Virus record (IMG/VR): IMGVR_UViG_3300032240_001872
Coordinates: 1-64,000 of that record
Length of the DNA: 64,000 nucleotides
Strand: one strand, 5' to 3'
From: a virus
The notes under the pieces: generated by a model
Databases searched by the model: none
Told to the model about the DNA's origin: nothing
What the model saw: the letters and a program-made list of their open reading frames with translations, nothing else
Translations under genes and position numbers: made by a program
Shown here: in pieces, positions 28,779-38,670 of the stretch
How positions within the stretch are numbered: the first letter of the stretch is position 1
Layout: each line of letters begins with the position of its first letter

Positions 28779-29562
28779 CCCAACCCATATTAATTAGTAA
28801 ATTTTTTAATACACTATCGTCTGGTAGACTAGATGCAATAATTGAAGCTAGAACGTGATCATTTTCACATTGTTCACTTAAGACTGCCATTATTTCGTAA
28901 CTTCCCAACCAATACTTTGAATCTAATCTAGCTACTGCTCTACAAACTTCTGGGTCTAAAGACATTGCATTTGCAACAGCTGATCGAATATCCACACTCT
29001 GACCAAATTCTGATTGTAACGCATCTAGTGATGCAGTTGTATCTAATGTTATTGCTCTTACTAAGGCAATACGATTTTCGTCTTGTCTAAACTGCTCTGC
29101 TAAATTACGCTGTTTTTGTTCTTCTGTAAGATTTTTTTGGAATAACACCATCTCAGAGTATTCTTTTTCCATATCTATCATTCTTTGATGTAGCTCAGCT
29201 TCTTGGCGTACCATACTTGCTTCATCAATTTGATCTTGTTGAAGCTTCATAGATGCAACATCTTGCAGATATTGATTGTATAAATTCTTAGCTTCTTGTA
29301 CCATTCCATAAACTCTTTTAGATCTGTGTTTAGGATCCGACGTAAGAATATGATACTGGTCCCACACGTCTACATCTTTTCGATTATCATGGCCGGGCTC
29401 AACTATTATGTTTCCGTCGATATTATATTTTATTTTTCTGCCAGGCTTAGTAAATGCTTCCATAATGCTTCCTAAGAGAGGATAGGGAGCGTTCATTGAC
29501 AAAATGACTTCGTTGTTTTCTTCTATAGAAATATTAATTAAGGATATTGATGTATTGAGCAT
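28771..29562 (-). CDS. Hypothetical protein with coiled-coil-like centre
   Basis: Long ORF with a Q/E-rich helical middle. No family recognised. Confidence 0.65.
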   Translation of the reverse strand: MLNTSISLINISIEENNEVILSMNAPYPLLGSIMEAFTKPGRKIKYNIDGNIIVEPGHDNRKDVDVWDQYHILTSDPKHRSKRVYGMVQEAKNLYNQYLQDVASMKLQQDQIDEASMVRQEAELHQRMIDMEKEYSEMVLFQKNLTEEQKQRNLAEQFRQDENRIALVRAITLDTTASLDALQSEFGQSVDIRSAVANAMSLDPEVCRAVARLDSKYWLGSYEIMAVLSEQCENDHVLASIIASSLPDDSVLKNLLINMGWAT

Positions 29563-30248
29563 TGTGTGTTTACTATGTTGACCATTTCATTTTTAAATCC
29601 AGATCCTTCGACGCCTAGAAGATTTTCTATATTTTCTGTCATAAGTTTAAATCTTTCAAGATATTCCTCTCTCGAATATGTAAACTTCATGGGTCCTGCC
29701 CAGAAAATATTTTTTGTTACTGGATCATAAAACGGATTTCCGTTTAAACTTAGCGGATATGTGTGAGATTTCAGATCGCCTGCCGCTATATCAATGACTT
29801 GGATTAGCTGTTCTGAAGCCATTAAAAACTTAGGAAATATTTCTCGAAGAGCTGTTAATTTATCTTCTACTGCTATTAAATTTTCAAAAGGTATACCGTA
29901 GCTATTATATGGACGAGATTGCTCAACATAAGTTATCACCAATCCCATTATACTATGTAATTCTATCAATGTTGGTTTTTCAATAGCGACAGTTTTATTT
30001 GTATCTGAGAGATCACTGAGTTGTTTTTTTCTAATATATAATTCAGTTCTATCGCCGTACTCTAATGAATAGGTTTTTCCATTATAATCGCGATATTCTG
30101 CTTTTCCTGCACCGATTAGAAAAAACCCAGTAGGAGCAATTTCCCACATGCGGTCGCCATCTTGATTGACCCTAGCAACATTGTTGTAGAAAGAATCGGA
30201 CAATTCTGGAGTCCATGACAGCAGTTTTTGTTGTAGAATTTCAAGCAT
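29538..30248 (-). CDS. Hypothetical protein
   Basis: In-operon ORF. No family recognised. Confidence 0.65.
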   Translation of the reverse strand: MLEILQQKLLSWTPELSDSFYNNVARVNQDGDRMWEIAPTGFFLIGAGKAEYRDYNGKTYSLEYGDRTELYIRKKQLSDLSDTNKTVAIEKPTLIELHSIMGLVITYVEQSRPYNSYGIPFENLIAVEDKLTALREIFPKFLMASEQLIQVIDIAAGDLKSHTYPLSLNGNPFYDPVTKNIFWAGPMKFTYSREEYLERFKLMTENIENLLGVEGSGFKNEMVNIVNTQCSIHQYP

Positions 30249-30267
30249 TATTAATCCCGGTATACCT

Positions 30268-31215
30268 TTATTTATGCTTGGGCATCTTACTGTCTGCAGA
30301 GCTTACACAAGAGTCTGTAACGCACAAACTTGGAGTTTTTAATAAACTAAAATTTGTTAATGTTCCTATAGATTCTTCTTTGCAAGAATACCCTCGTTTA
30401 ACTTCATTTCCTCGGATAATTAGTCCTTGGAATCCTGCAGAGCACTTCCAGTTCTTAAATCTATTGAATCCTAATGCGTTGAATCTTTCAGCTTGATCAA
30501 TATAGTAGTTGTTAATTCCGTCAGTTAATCTAATCTGAAACCCTTCTTGCTGTTCAAAATCGTCTTGCATAATTCTAATCATCTCGGGCGTGTAGCCGTC
30601 AACAATGGCAGTAGCAGTATTGTTACTCTGCGGTTTAAGGGTAACGTTGATTCCTTTAGATCGAAATCTGTTACATCTTTCCAAGGTTTCAAAAAACTTA
30701 TCAGGAACCATAACTTGATTAATAGTGACATGCACTAAATCTTCCATGAGCTGTAGGCACTTATCGCTGAATTCATTTTCCTTTGCAAACTCTGCATGAA
30801 AGCTGGCTGTAATGCTCCTTCTTTGTAACATTTCTGTCGATATATGCCATCGTTTCCACCAATTTAAACTAGGACTTAGATTGGTAGTCATATGTACTGA
30901 TTGGTACGGAGATTCTAGTTCGTCTAGATATTTGATTAACTCTAGTAGATTTTTATAGGCAGTAGGTTCGCCGCCACTAAAACTCCAATGAAACTCAGTA
31001 AAACCATTTAGTCTTGCTTGTCTTTTGATTTCATCTATAGTGTTTTTATATATGTCCAACGATTCATGGTCCGGGGTATCGTTTCGAGCATATGGCCAAC
31101 AGTAAGAGCAATTATAGTTACAAAATCTACCTAGTATCCAACTAACATTAAATCTAGGATTATCTAGTAAAGTTTGTTGCCCGAAATAATTAATTTGTTC
31201 TAGAGGTATTGTCAT
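30268..31215 (-). CDS. Radical SAM enzyme with C-terminal Cys cluster (class A)
   Basis: CNYNCSYC, FSGGEPT, TTN, SFH. C-terminal WKCSAG...YSC...CVTDSCVS. Confidence 0.9.
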   Translation of the reverse strand: MTIPLEQINYFGQQTLLDNPRFNVSWILGRFCNYNCSYCWPYARNDTPDHESLDIYKNTIDEIKRQARLNGFTEFHWSFSGGEPTAYKNLLELIKYLDELESPYQSVHMTTNLSPSLNWWKRWHISTEMLQRRSITASFHAEFAKENEFSDKCLQLMEDLVHVTINQVMVPDKFFETLERCNRFRSKGINVTLKPQSNNTATAIVDGYTPEMIRIMQDDFEQQEGFQIRLTDGINNYYIDQAERFNALGFNRFKNWKCSAGFQGLIIRGNEVKRGYSCKEESIGTLTNFSLLKTPSLCVTDSCVSSADSKMPKHK

Positions 31216-32821
31216 TCTTTAATTTTTCTAGTAGTGGGGTAAAATATTGTTCTATAACTGTGTCAAAATATAATTTCGTCATGTCTATAGAGTTTAGCAG
31301 ATCTTTGTATTCCTGCTGTGACATGTTCTTTGTTAATTCTCTATTTGAAAGTATAGGATGATTGAGAGACGATTTATAAAAATCACCCGTGTATATTCTT
31401 TTAGGTACTGATCGATCGTACGAAGCGGCTAATTCGGTGGCTTGTTCAAATGTATATATTCCGCTACAGTCTTCTTTCTTTTTCCAGCTGACTCTATCGT
31501 ATGCTGTTTTAATTTCTCCAAAGTAATATCCGTGTTTATCGTAATTCTTGTCAAACTCACTCTTATATATCCAGTGGTTTCCGTGCTCAGTAGTATCTTT
31601 TCCATCAAAGATGTTTATCGGAAACACCCAAGATTCGTGTATAGGACATTCTGGATCTCGCAAATAATCACAAGTAGATGCAATAGATTCTTCCGGTTCG
31701 GTCGGAAGTCCTACCATAAAACCTGCTTGGATGTGTACATCATTACCCCATACTTCTTTGCATTTAGCAAGAGCTTCTTTTGTTTTTTCGGCCTTCATCG
31801 CTTTTCCAACTGCTTTTCCTGCGCCTGGATGAAATGTTTCAACTCCCATATAAGTTTGTTCTAGACCTATTTCTTTAAGTAACGTAATCTGTTCAGGGTG
31901 TACTGCTAATAAGTCTAATCTTGTATAGCACCAGAACTTAATTTTAAAAGGTAACGAATTAACTACCTCTTTAAACATTAGTAATTTTTCTGTAGTATCA
32001 TTAAAGGTATCATCCATAATGTAATACTGTGTTATTCCCCAACGATTATAATTTTCTAGCAATTCATCTTTTAATACTTCTTTGTATTTTAGATAATCGT
32101 CTATATTTTTTTGCCCTATGAGAGGATAAGAGCAGTATGTACATTTGAATCTGCATCCGCGAGCTACCTCTAAAGAAAGCGTTTCGTTGGGAGTAATAAA
32201 GTCGTAGTCAGTGTATGATGTTTTGCTTTTTCTAAAATCCCACACCGGAAGTTGTGCTTTATAATCGTAATCAAGAACTTTATTGAATAGTCTTTTCTTA
32301 GAACGACCGGTTACTGAATCTAGGTAATCAATAACCATTGTTTCTGATAAGCCGTATATAAAATTATCTACGTCTTGAAAATCTGTAAAAAATCCTATTC
32401 CAGACCCACCAAATACAATTTTAGTTTTTGAATTTAAATTTTTAATACAGTCAAACCATGGGGCCTGGCGACCTGCGGCAATCTCATCAATTAATCTTTT
32501 TGAATACATAGACTCTGTATCAAATCTAAGTATATCAGTTTCTCTTCTATCTCTACCGGGCACTTCTGTACTTAATGGTTCGCCAGGAATGCGCATAGGC
32601 ATAAAAGTAGTAGAAAACCCAACCATATAGGTTTCTTCTCCGACTGTATTTTTTAATATTTCATTGTACATTTCTCCGTCAATTGCTGAAGAAAAATTAA
32701 CCACAAGGCAAGTGTACCCATTATCTCTAATATGAGATGCCAATCGATAAGCTCCATAGTTTCTAGTCTTGGTATCTTGAACTGGCGTATCTGCAAATAT
32801 TATTACATTAAATTTTGGCAT
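31190..32821 (-). CDS. B12-binding-domain radical SAM enzyme
   Basis: N-terminal GAYRLASHIR...GFSTT...IVFGG. EVARGCRFKCTYC, DDTFND, GVETF, FMVGLP. Confidence 0.88.
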   Translation of the reverse strand: MPKFNVIIFADTPVQDTKTRNYGAYRLASHIRDNGYTCLVVNFSSAIDGEMYNEILKNTVGEETYMVGFSTTFMPMRIPGEPLSTEVPGRDRRETDILRFDTESMYSKRLIDEIAAGRQAPWFDCIKNLNSKTKIVFGGSGIGFFTDFQDVDNFIYGLSETMVIDYLDSVTGRSKKRLFNKVLDYDYKAQLPVWDFRKSKTSYTDYDFITPNETLSLEVARGCRFKCTYCSYPLIGQKNIDDYLKYKEVLKDELLENYNRWGITQYYIMDDTFNDTTEKLLMFKEVVNSLPFKIKFWCYTRLDLLAVHPEQITLLKEIGLEQTYMGVETFHPGAGKAVGKAMKAEKTKEALAKCKEVWGNDVHIQAGFMVGLPTEPEESIASTCDYLRDPECPIHESWVFPINIFDGKDTTEHGNHWIYKSEFDKNYDKHGYYFGEIKTAYDRVSWKKKEDCSGIYTFEQATELAASYDRSVPKRIYTGDFYKSSLNHPILSNRELTKNMSQQEYKDLLNSIDMTKLYFDTVIEQYFTPLLEKLKNDNTSRTN

Positions 32822-34421
32822 TTCTTAACTTAATTAGTAATAGATTAAAATAGTCAGTATGCACCGTGTTATAATAAAGTTCATCAAAATTGATATTATC
32901 CATAATATTTCTATATTCTCGTGGTGTCATATCGATAGTGGCTTCTCTATCACGCAGTATAGGATGATTAAAGCTACTTGCGTAAAAATCACCACGACGC
33001 TCTCTTTGGTAAGGTTTAAGTTCCGCTAGAGTAGCATCCGCTATGTCTTGCGCTATGGCAAAAGAGGGAATGTCAGTATCATCATCCTTTTGCCAGGCCA
33101 GCATGCCTTCCACACCTGTATGGGGAAAGTAGTAGCCAAAATCTTCGTAGTTGTTGTCAAACCAGCTGGTGGGGAACCACTTGTTGCGTTCTGATTTTTT
33201 GACTATGTTTAAAGGGTAACAAGTGCTGATGTCCAAAGGACAGTCTGTTTGCTTTAACCAGTCAACGGTTTGACGCCAACTGGCTTGTGTTTCGTAGGGC
33301 AAGCCAATCATAAAGCCGCCTTCCATCCACACACGGTCTCCCCATACTTCTTTGGCTTTGTATAGTGTATCCTTGCGGCGACTGCTGGGCATGCCTTTGC
33401 CGATAGTCTTGCTACTCTTATCGTTAAACGTTTCAAGACCAAAGAACGTTTCAGCAATACCTATTTCTTTAAGCAACATCATTTGTTCAGGATGTGTGGC
33501 CAGCAAGTCAATACGTGTATAACACCAGAACTTGATTTTAAAAGGCAAGTCGCTCATGACCTTGGCCAGCATTTCTAACTTTTCAGTGCTGTCGTTAAAT
33601 GTGTCATCCACAATAAAGTATTTGGTAGTGCCCCAACGTTCGTAGTTCTCTAACAGCTCATCTCGTATGTGTGTGGAATACTTGAGATAGTCGTTAACAT
33701 TCTTCTGTCCAATGAGAGGAAAGTTGCAGAAGGCACATTTGAATCTACATCCACGCCCTACTTCAAGCACTTGCGTTTCCTGTGGTTGTATAAAGTCCCA
33801 CTCAGTATAACGTGTACTGCTTTCACGAAAGTCCCATGTAGGTTGGTGTGCTTTACGGTCATGGTCAACAAATTTGCTAAAGATTCGTTTACTTTTACCA
33901 CTGAGCTTGTCCAGCAAGTCTATGGTCATGGTTTCAGCGATACCAAATATAACATGATCAACATTTGGTATATCCATATAGAAATCTGCTTTTGCACCAC
34001 CCAATACTATCTTGAGTTTGGGATTAATTGTTTTTGGATACTGCAACCATTCAGCAACTTCATTCTTACCAAACTTGACCACAAGATTGTCTTTGCGCCA
34101 GTCTAGTTTTTCATTTTTGTCGTGGCTTAGTTCGTGTTGAACGCCTATGTGATGTCCGGGTATCTGATTGGTATATTCTCCGGGTTTTTCTGGCCAACGG
34201 TATGGCAACCATGTGGTACTGAAACCGACCATAAGAGTATTAGGACCAACTGTTAGATCTAGTATTTCTTTGTACAGATCAAATGTCAATGCAGAACTAA
34301 AATCTATAACGATACATGAATAGCCATTAGCACGTATATGGCTGGCTATTCTATGTACACCATATCCTCTAATCTTATGGTGTGGGTAGGGGGCATCTGC
34401 AAACAGAATTACATCGAACAT
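32808..34421 (-). CDS. B12-binding-domain radical SAM enzyme (tandem paralog)
   Basis: GVHRIASHIR, GFSTT, IVLGG, EVGRGCRFKCAFC, DDTFND, GLETF, FMIGLPYET. Confidence 0.88.
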   Translation of the reverse strand: MFDVILFADAPYPHHKIRGYGVHRIASHIRANGYSCIVIDFSSALTFDLYKEILDLTVGPNTLMVGFSTTWLPYRWPEKPGEYTNQIPGHHIGVQHELSHDKNEKLDWRKDNLVVKFGKNEVAEWLQYPKTINPKLKIVLGGAKADFYMDIPNVDHVIFGIAETMTIDLLDKLSGKSKRIFSKFVDHDRKAHQPTWDFRESSTRYTEWDFIQPQETQVLEVGRGCRFKCAFCNFPLIGQKNVNDYLKYSTHIRDELLENYERWGTTKYFIVDDTFNDSTEKLEMLAKVMSDLPFKIKFWCYTRIDLLATHPEQMMLLKEIGIAETFFGLETFNDKSSKTIGKGMPSSRRKDTLYKAKEVWGDRVWMEGGFMIGLPYETQASWRQTVDWLKQTDCPLDISTCYPLNIVKKSERNKWFPTSWFDNNYEDFGYYFPHTGVEGMLAWQKDDDTDIPSFAIAQDIADATLAELKPYQRERRGDFYASSFNHPILRDREATIDMTPREYRNIMDNINFDELYYNTVHTDYFNLLLIKLRNAKI

Positions 34422-34425
34422 GCTG

Positions 34426-34440
34426 TATTTAAGATAAATA
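34426..34440. promoter_or_regulatory. Back-to-back TAAATA boxes
   Basis: Minus TAAATA-CAGC-ATG (34421). Plus TAAATA-CCTACATA-ATG (34449). Confidence 0.6.
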
Positions 34441-34448
34441 CCTACATA

Positions 34449-35207
34449 ATGAAAAACTTTGAATCAGTACTTGCATTTGGCGATAGCCATACAGTTGGCG
34501 CAGAAACTATTGTAAATTTAGAAGATTTAGATCTTGTACTGTCTGGTAAAAAATCTCAGTGGGAAGCTGAAGAGATTACAAAATCTCTTGCCTTTCCTGC
34601 CAAGGTTGCGGCCTCTCTTAATATTCCTTGTTTCAACTACGCTATGTCTGGTGGAAGTAACGACCGTAGTATTAGATTATTATCAGATGCTCTTATAAGT
34701 CATCCAAACAGTCTTGTATTATTTTGTTATACTGCTGGCGAAAGAAGAGAATTTTATTATCCAGACAAAGGTAATTTCTTAGGTAGAGATAATGATGATT
34801 ATCTACAACTTGGTATACAATGGTACGGCGCTATTAAAGACAAGGCTGATGAATTTGCGTGTTTTGCTTCTGTTAATGATTATTTTGTAGAAAATATTCT
34901 GAGAGTCAATAAGACAGAAAACTCAAGATTCGTTAACATGATGCAATATGTTGAATTGGTCTGTGAAAAACATGCTTTAGATTATAGACATATATTATTA
35001 TATCCGGGATTGGTAACATATAATAAAACCAAAACGTGGCATTCACTGGATCATACAAAGATATTAAACTTAGCCGGGTTTACCAACGAGGGGTATGGAT
35101 CTTATCTCGAATGGGCAGAACGCTACAATTTTGAAAAGGGCCCATTTCACCACTACAAAGAAGAAGCCCATTTGGCTTTATCAAATAAAATATTGGAGAC
35201 ACTATGA
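34449..35207 (+). CDS. SGNH/GDSL hydrolase-like protein
   Basis: AFGDSHT block I, NYAMSGGSN, C-terminal HHYKEEAH. Likely ATG at 34449. Confidence 0.7.
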   Translation: MKNFESVLAFGDSHTVGAETIVNLEDLDLVLSGKKSQWEAEEITKSLAFPAKVAASLNIPCFNYAMSGGSNDRSIRLLSDALISHPNSLVLFCYTAGERREFYYPDKGNFLGRDNDDYLQLGIQWYGAIKDKADEFACFASVNDYFVENILRVNKTENSRFVNMMQYVELVCEKHALDYRHILLYPGLVTYNKTKTWHSLDHTKILNLAGFTNEGYGSYLEWAERYNFEKGPFHHYKEEAHLALSNKILETL

Positions 35208-35554
35208 CCTGGGGCTATCATTTATTACTCGATTGTGCAGGATGCAATCAAAGTATTGATAACGACATAGTAATTGAAAAATTTGTTGTTGAACTAATTC
35301 CTCGAATAGGTATGCAGGCAGTTGACGGCCCTAGGATTGAATATCTATTGCCCAAGACTCCTAACGCAGGATTCAGCATGATGCAAATGATCCAAACCAG
35401 TAATATTACAGCACACTTTGTTAGTGCAACTAGAGAGGGTTATATCGATCTATTCAGTTGTAAATCGTTTGATAAAGATATTGTTATTGAATTGGTTAAG
35501 AAATATTTTGATCCAAAAAGTATTAAAGAAACTTTCTTGCAAAGACAGGCTTAA
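35204..35554 (+). CDS. Pyruvoyl-dependent S-adenosylmethionine decarboxylase-like proenzyme
   Basis: GYHLLLDC...GFSMMQMIQTSNITAHF...YIDLFSCKSFD. Confidence 0.8.
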   Translation: MTWGYHLLLDCAGCNQSIDNDIVIEKFVVELIPRIGMQAVDGPRIEYLLPKTPNAGFSMMQMIQTSNITAHFVSATREGYIDLFSCKSFDKDIVIELVKKYFDPKSIKETFLQRQA

Positions 35555-36633
35555 GGATCAATCCATATATCTTCTCTACTTCGATATCTATAACGCTCGT
35601 TAACGGTATCCCATAATGGCATACCTTTGTTAATTGCGGCATCACGAAGCATTACTTGATGTAAAAAATTACTAATAGGCTTGTTTGGCACAAAGTCACA
35701 CCAAGGGCCGCATCGTAGTTCTTCCATGTCAATAGTCTTAGGATCACTCCATTGTATCAGCCTGTGGGTGATACCGTTGATCTTAACCATGTAGTGATAC
35801 AAGTTATCATCTCCAGGGATCTTTTCCCAAGTCCATCCTCGACTATCAGCATAGTCTTTAATAGATTTTACATGGTCACTTAGATAGTAGCGCGGTTCAT
35901 CGGGACTACGACCAATATCGCTACCTGCACGTATACGATACTGATAAACTCCATTACCAATACGCTGTATTTCTTCTAGTACTTCAGGTATGTGATTAAC
36001 ATCTTCTAAAGTGTATCCAACATAGTAGATAGTCATACCAGCGTCTTTGCAATTTTGTATACCTTGCAGTTGCTTCTTATGTACAGTTTTACCTTGATAA
36101 GAATGATGATTAAGTCCAATCATTACAGATCGTGCGCCTGCTTGTTTAATTTCGTTTACCCAACTTGCATCAGACAATTTAACCCCATTAGTAAGTATGG
36201 TGATATCTTGATGTAGTCTACCTAATTGTTGTTGCTGTTCAGTTATTTTAGATATTAGATTAGGTAAGTCTTTTCTAAGTGTAGGTTCTGCTCCTGCAAG
36301 GATAACACTACCTACATCATCTGGCCAACTGGCTATTTGTGCTAATATAAGATCAATAGGCTTGTCTGTTGTAGCATTCTCTGGTTCGTGATAGCAATGC
36401 GGGCACTTAAGATTACATCTATCAGTTACTTCAATTAACACTCCGCTAGGGGTATCGTAGCCTCTAGCATCATATACCAAAGACTTATAAAATTCTGCAT
36501 CTCTTTCGATCATGTATTCAACTGTGCCGTGTTCTGAGCAAGTTTTACGCATCCATACAGAATCGTCTCTTTCAAACTTTTCAGCTGGGACGTGCCTATA
36601 GCAATGCTCGCATAATGATACTGTTATTTCCAT
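35551..36633 (-). CDS. Radical SAM enzyme with N-terminal CxxC...CxxHG metal-binding domain
   Basis: TVSLCEHC...RKTCSEHG, EVTDRCNLKCPHCY, GAEPT, LTNG. Confidence 0.88.
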   Translation of the reverse strand: MEITVSLCEHCYRHVPAEKFERDDSVWMRKTCSEHGTVEYMIERDAEFYKSLVYDARGYDTPSGVLIEVTDRCNLKCPHCYHEPENATTDKPIDLILAQIASWPDDVGSVILAGAEPTLRKDLPNLISKITEQQQQLGRLHQDITILTNGVKLSDASWVNEIKQAGARSVMIGLNHHSYQGKTVHKKQLQGIQNCKDAGMTIYYVGYTLEDVNHIPEVLEEIQRIGNGVYQYRIRAGSDIGRSPDEPRYYLSDHVKSIKDYADSRGWTWEKIPGDDNLYHYMVKINGITHRLIQWSDPKTIDMEELRCGPWCDFVPNKPISNFLHQVMLRDAAINKGMPLWDTVNERYRYRSREDIWIDP

Positions 36634-37166
36634 CTTGGACCTTTTAATAGTTGTTCTAAGAATACATCTTTATTTAAGCGCCAAAAAGTTTGTATATGAC
36701 CTCTGTAGAACTTGGTATCTGCAAGAGTCAGGCAACCAGTTAATTCTAATGCTGGACCCCAAACAGTATGTACTAATCGCTGTGTGCCTATTTCACTAGG
36801 ATGCGTAGTAATGTACATATCGTGGTCGCCTACCCATTCAACACATTGTGGTATGAAGAACTGTGCTGTTACATTTTGATGTGACGTAATGCCTTCTCTA
36901 GTACGTAAATGATGCAATGGCATCATGTCTGTAAATGCACAAGTTCTTGCACAGATTCTATATCCGCCATCGTCTAGTGAATGTGCGCCTACACTGCCTA
37001 CGGCTGTATTGTTGTAGTAAAGAATCCACACGCACCACTCACGTTCATTACGAAAGCAATCTACCATGGCTTTTTGGCTAGAGTTGTTAGTAAAACCCCG
37101 GCGGTCAGCTTCTGCATAGAAGTCTGTCAAATCTAAATCTTCAGACCACGGTATTAGTTTATACAT
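36624..37166 (-). CDS. Hypothetical protein, possibly GNAT-like
   Basis: WILYYNNTAVGSVGAH...YRICART beta-strand pattern. Weak call. Confidence 0.5.
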   Translation of the reverse strand: MYKLIPWSEDLDLTDFYAEADRRGFTNNSSQKAMVDCFRNEREWCVWILYYNNTAVGSVGAHSLDDGGYRICARTCAFTDMMPLHHLRTREGITSHQNVTAQFFIPQCVEWVGDHDMYITTHPSEIGTQRLVHTVWGPALELTGCLTLADTKFYRGHIQTFWRLNKDVFLEQLLKGPRWK

Positions 37167-37831
37167 TTTTCAATAAAGTCCGCAGGATAATGTGTTCTAA
37201 AACTTTCCCAACACAAGCGATCAAAAGTAGTCCACGGAGCAGGTGCATTCCAGTCTATGTTTAGACCTATTAGGTACTTCTTCATCTCTTCCTGTCGTCC
37301 AGTATGAATATGGCTTTGCACACTACTAACAGTTATGTTAGGTTCATCCCTGTGATATGTAAAAAAATAATTAATGCTCTTTAATTTACCGTCAACTATA
37401 AAATAGCTACTAGGATGCATACTATATTTGTGTAGTCCCAAATGTTTATGGGCTTGAATGATTTCAAACATCTGGTCTTGCCAGCCGGGTAATACTTTAT
37501 CAAAGGTACAGTTGTTATCTAAACTTCTTTGCCAAAGATCATGTCCGTCAACCTTGAGGTAAATCTTTTTAGACTTATAATCTATATCTAATATTTGCGG
37601 AACAAGATTAGGATATGCGCCACGCATCAGTGATAGATACTTTACCTCCCTTTCCCACTTTTCCTCCATCACATCGGAATCTACTACTTGGTTTTGACCC
37701 TTGTGATATTCAGTGTCGTTATTGTACCATTGAACAAAAACTTCTTGGTCAGTAGACATCAAACTGGTGTAAATTAGGTTATTCCGCCATTGATTTCCAG
37801 CGAACCTATTATAGTAGTATTCATATTGCAT
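37154..37831 (-). CDS. Degenerate protein-kinase-like fold protein
   Basis: WEREVKYL, VPQILDID, HKYSMHPSSYF, LKSINYF. Paralog of 38671-39297. Confidence 0.5.
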   Translation of the reverse strand: MQYEYYYNRFAGNQWRNNLIYTSLMSTDQEVFVQWYNNDTEYHKGQNQVVDSDVMEEKWEREVKYLSLMRGAYPNLVPQILDIDYKSKKIYLKVDGHDLWQRSLDNNCTFDKVLPGWQDQMFEIIQAHKHLGLHKYSMHPSSYFIVDGKLKSINYFFTYHRDEPNITVSSVQSHIHTGRQEEMKKYLIGLNIDWNAPAPWTTFDRLCWESFRTHYPADFIEKCIN

Positions 37832-37835
37832 AAAA

Positions 37836-37845
37836 GATAATTATC
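37836..37845. promoter_or_regulatory. Palindromic GATAATTATC at a divergent junction
   Basis: Contains TAATTA on both strands, 6 nt before ATG 37831 on the minus strand. Confidence 0.4.
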
Positions 37846-37865
37846 ATTATACAGAACGGTACACC

Positions 37866-38669
37866 ATGATAAAAGGAATTAACAATCAGCCCTACGTCGA
37901 CATGACTCCATATATCAATATGGACGAGTTCGATCAACTACAGCCGGAAATTATCCGAGGGTTTGCAGAAGCTAGAGAGTTTGCTAAGGAAGGCACTTGG
38001 ATGAAACCAGGTTTCAGTTTTAACAATATGAGCTACAAACTACACTGGAAACCTATATACCAAGCCATGGAAGAATTTATGGAATTACCAAAAGATGATC
38101 CTGTCTATCTAGGTGGTATAGATCTTTTTAGAGATTTCAAAGACTACAAACAACGCAACAAGTTCACACGATACTTGAAAATGGCCATGGGTGCTTATGA
38201 TCCTTATATATACTATTTCTTATGGGGAGAAGGATCGTGGGATGATAGAACTGCCGCACGTAAACTAACTGAAGAGGCACAATACTTCCCTAATGTAGTC
38301 AAATGGGTAGAAGATCTAATTACCTTAGGTATATTTGAACATATAGGCCGTGTTATATTCTTCCACTGTGAAGCAGATGGCATACCATTTGAACATAGAG
38401 ATTTAGATGCCAAGAACGGAGTTGATGTTGTTAAACCTCACCGTAATGAATTTATACACATACGACCTAACACAAAGAAAGCATTTTATCTTTGGGATCC
38501 AGAGTCCAAGAACAAAACATATCTTAATACTCGTGCCGCATGGTGGAATGACGTTGACTGGCATGGCGGCGAACGCATTATGGAACAAAGTTATAGTTTA
38601 CGTATCGATGGTAAGTTTACAGAAGCATTTCGTAAAAAGTTAGGTATTAGTCATTTGGAGAATTATTAA
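37866..38669 (+). CDS. Hypothetical protein with C-terminal Fe/2OG-oxygenase-like motifs
   Basis: PFEHRD...WWNDVDWHGG...YSLRIDG. Confidence 0.55.
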   Translation: MIKGINNQPYVDMTPYINMDEFDQLQPEIIRGFAEAREFAKEGTWMKPGFSFNNMSYKLHWKPIYQAMEEFMELPKDDPVYLGGIDLFRDFKDYKQRNKFTRYLKMAMGAYDPYIYYFLWGEGSWDDRTAARKLTEEAQYFPNVVKWVEDLITLGIFEHIGRVIFFHCEADGIPFEHRDLDAKNGVDVVKPHRNEFIHIRPNTKKAFYLWDPESKNKTYLNTRAAWWNDVDWHGGERIMEQSYSLRIDGKFTEAFRKKLGISHLENY

Positions 38670-38670
38670 T

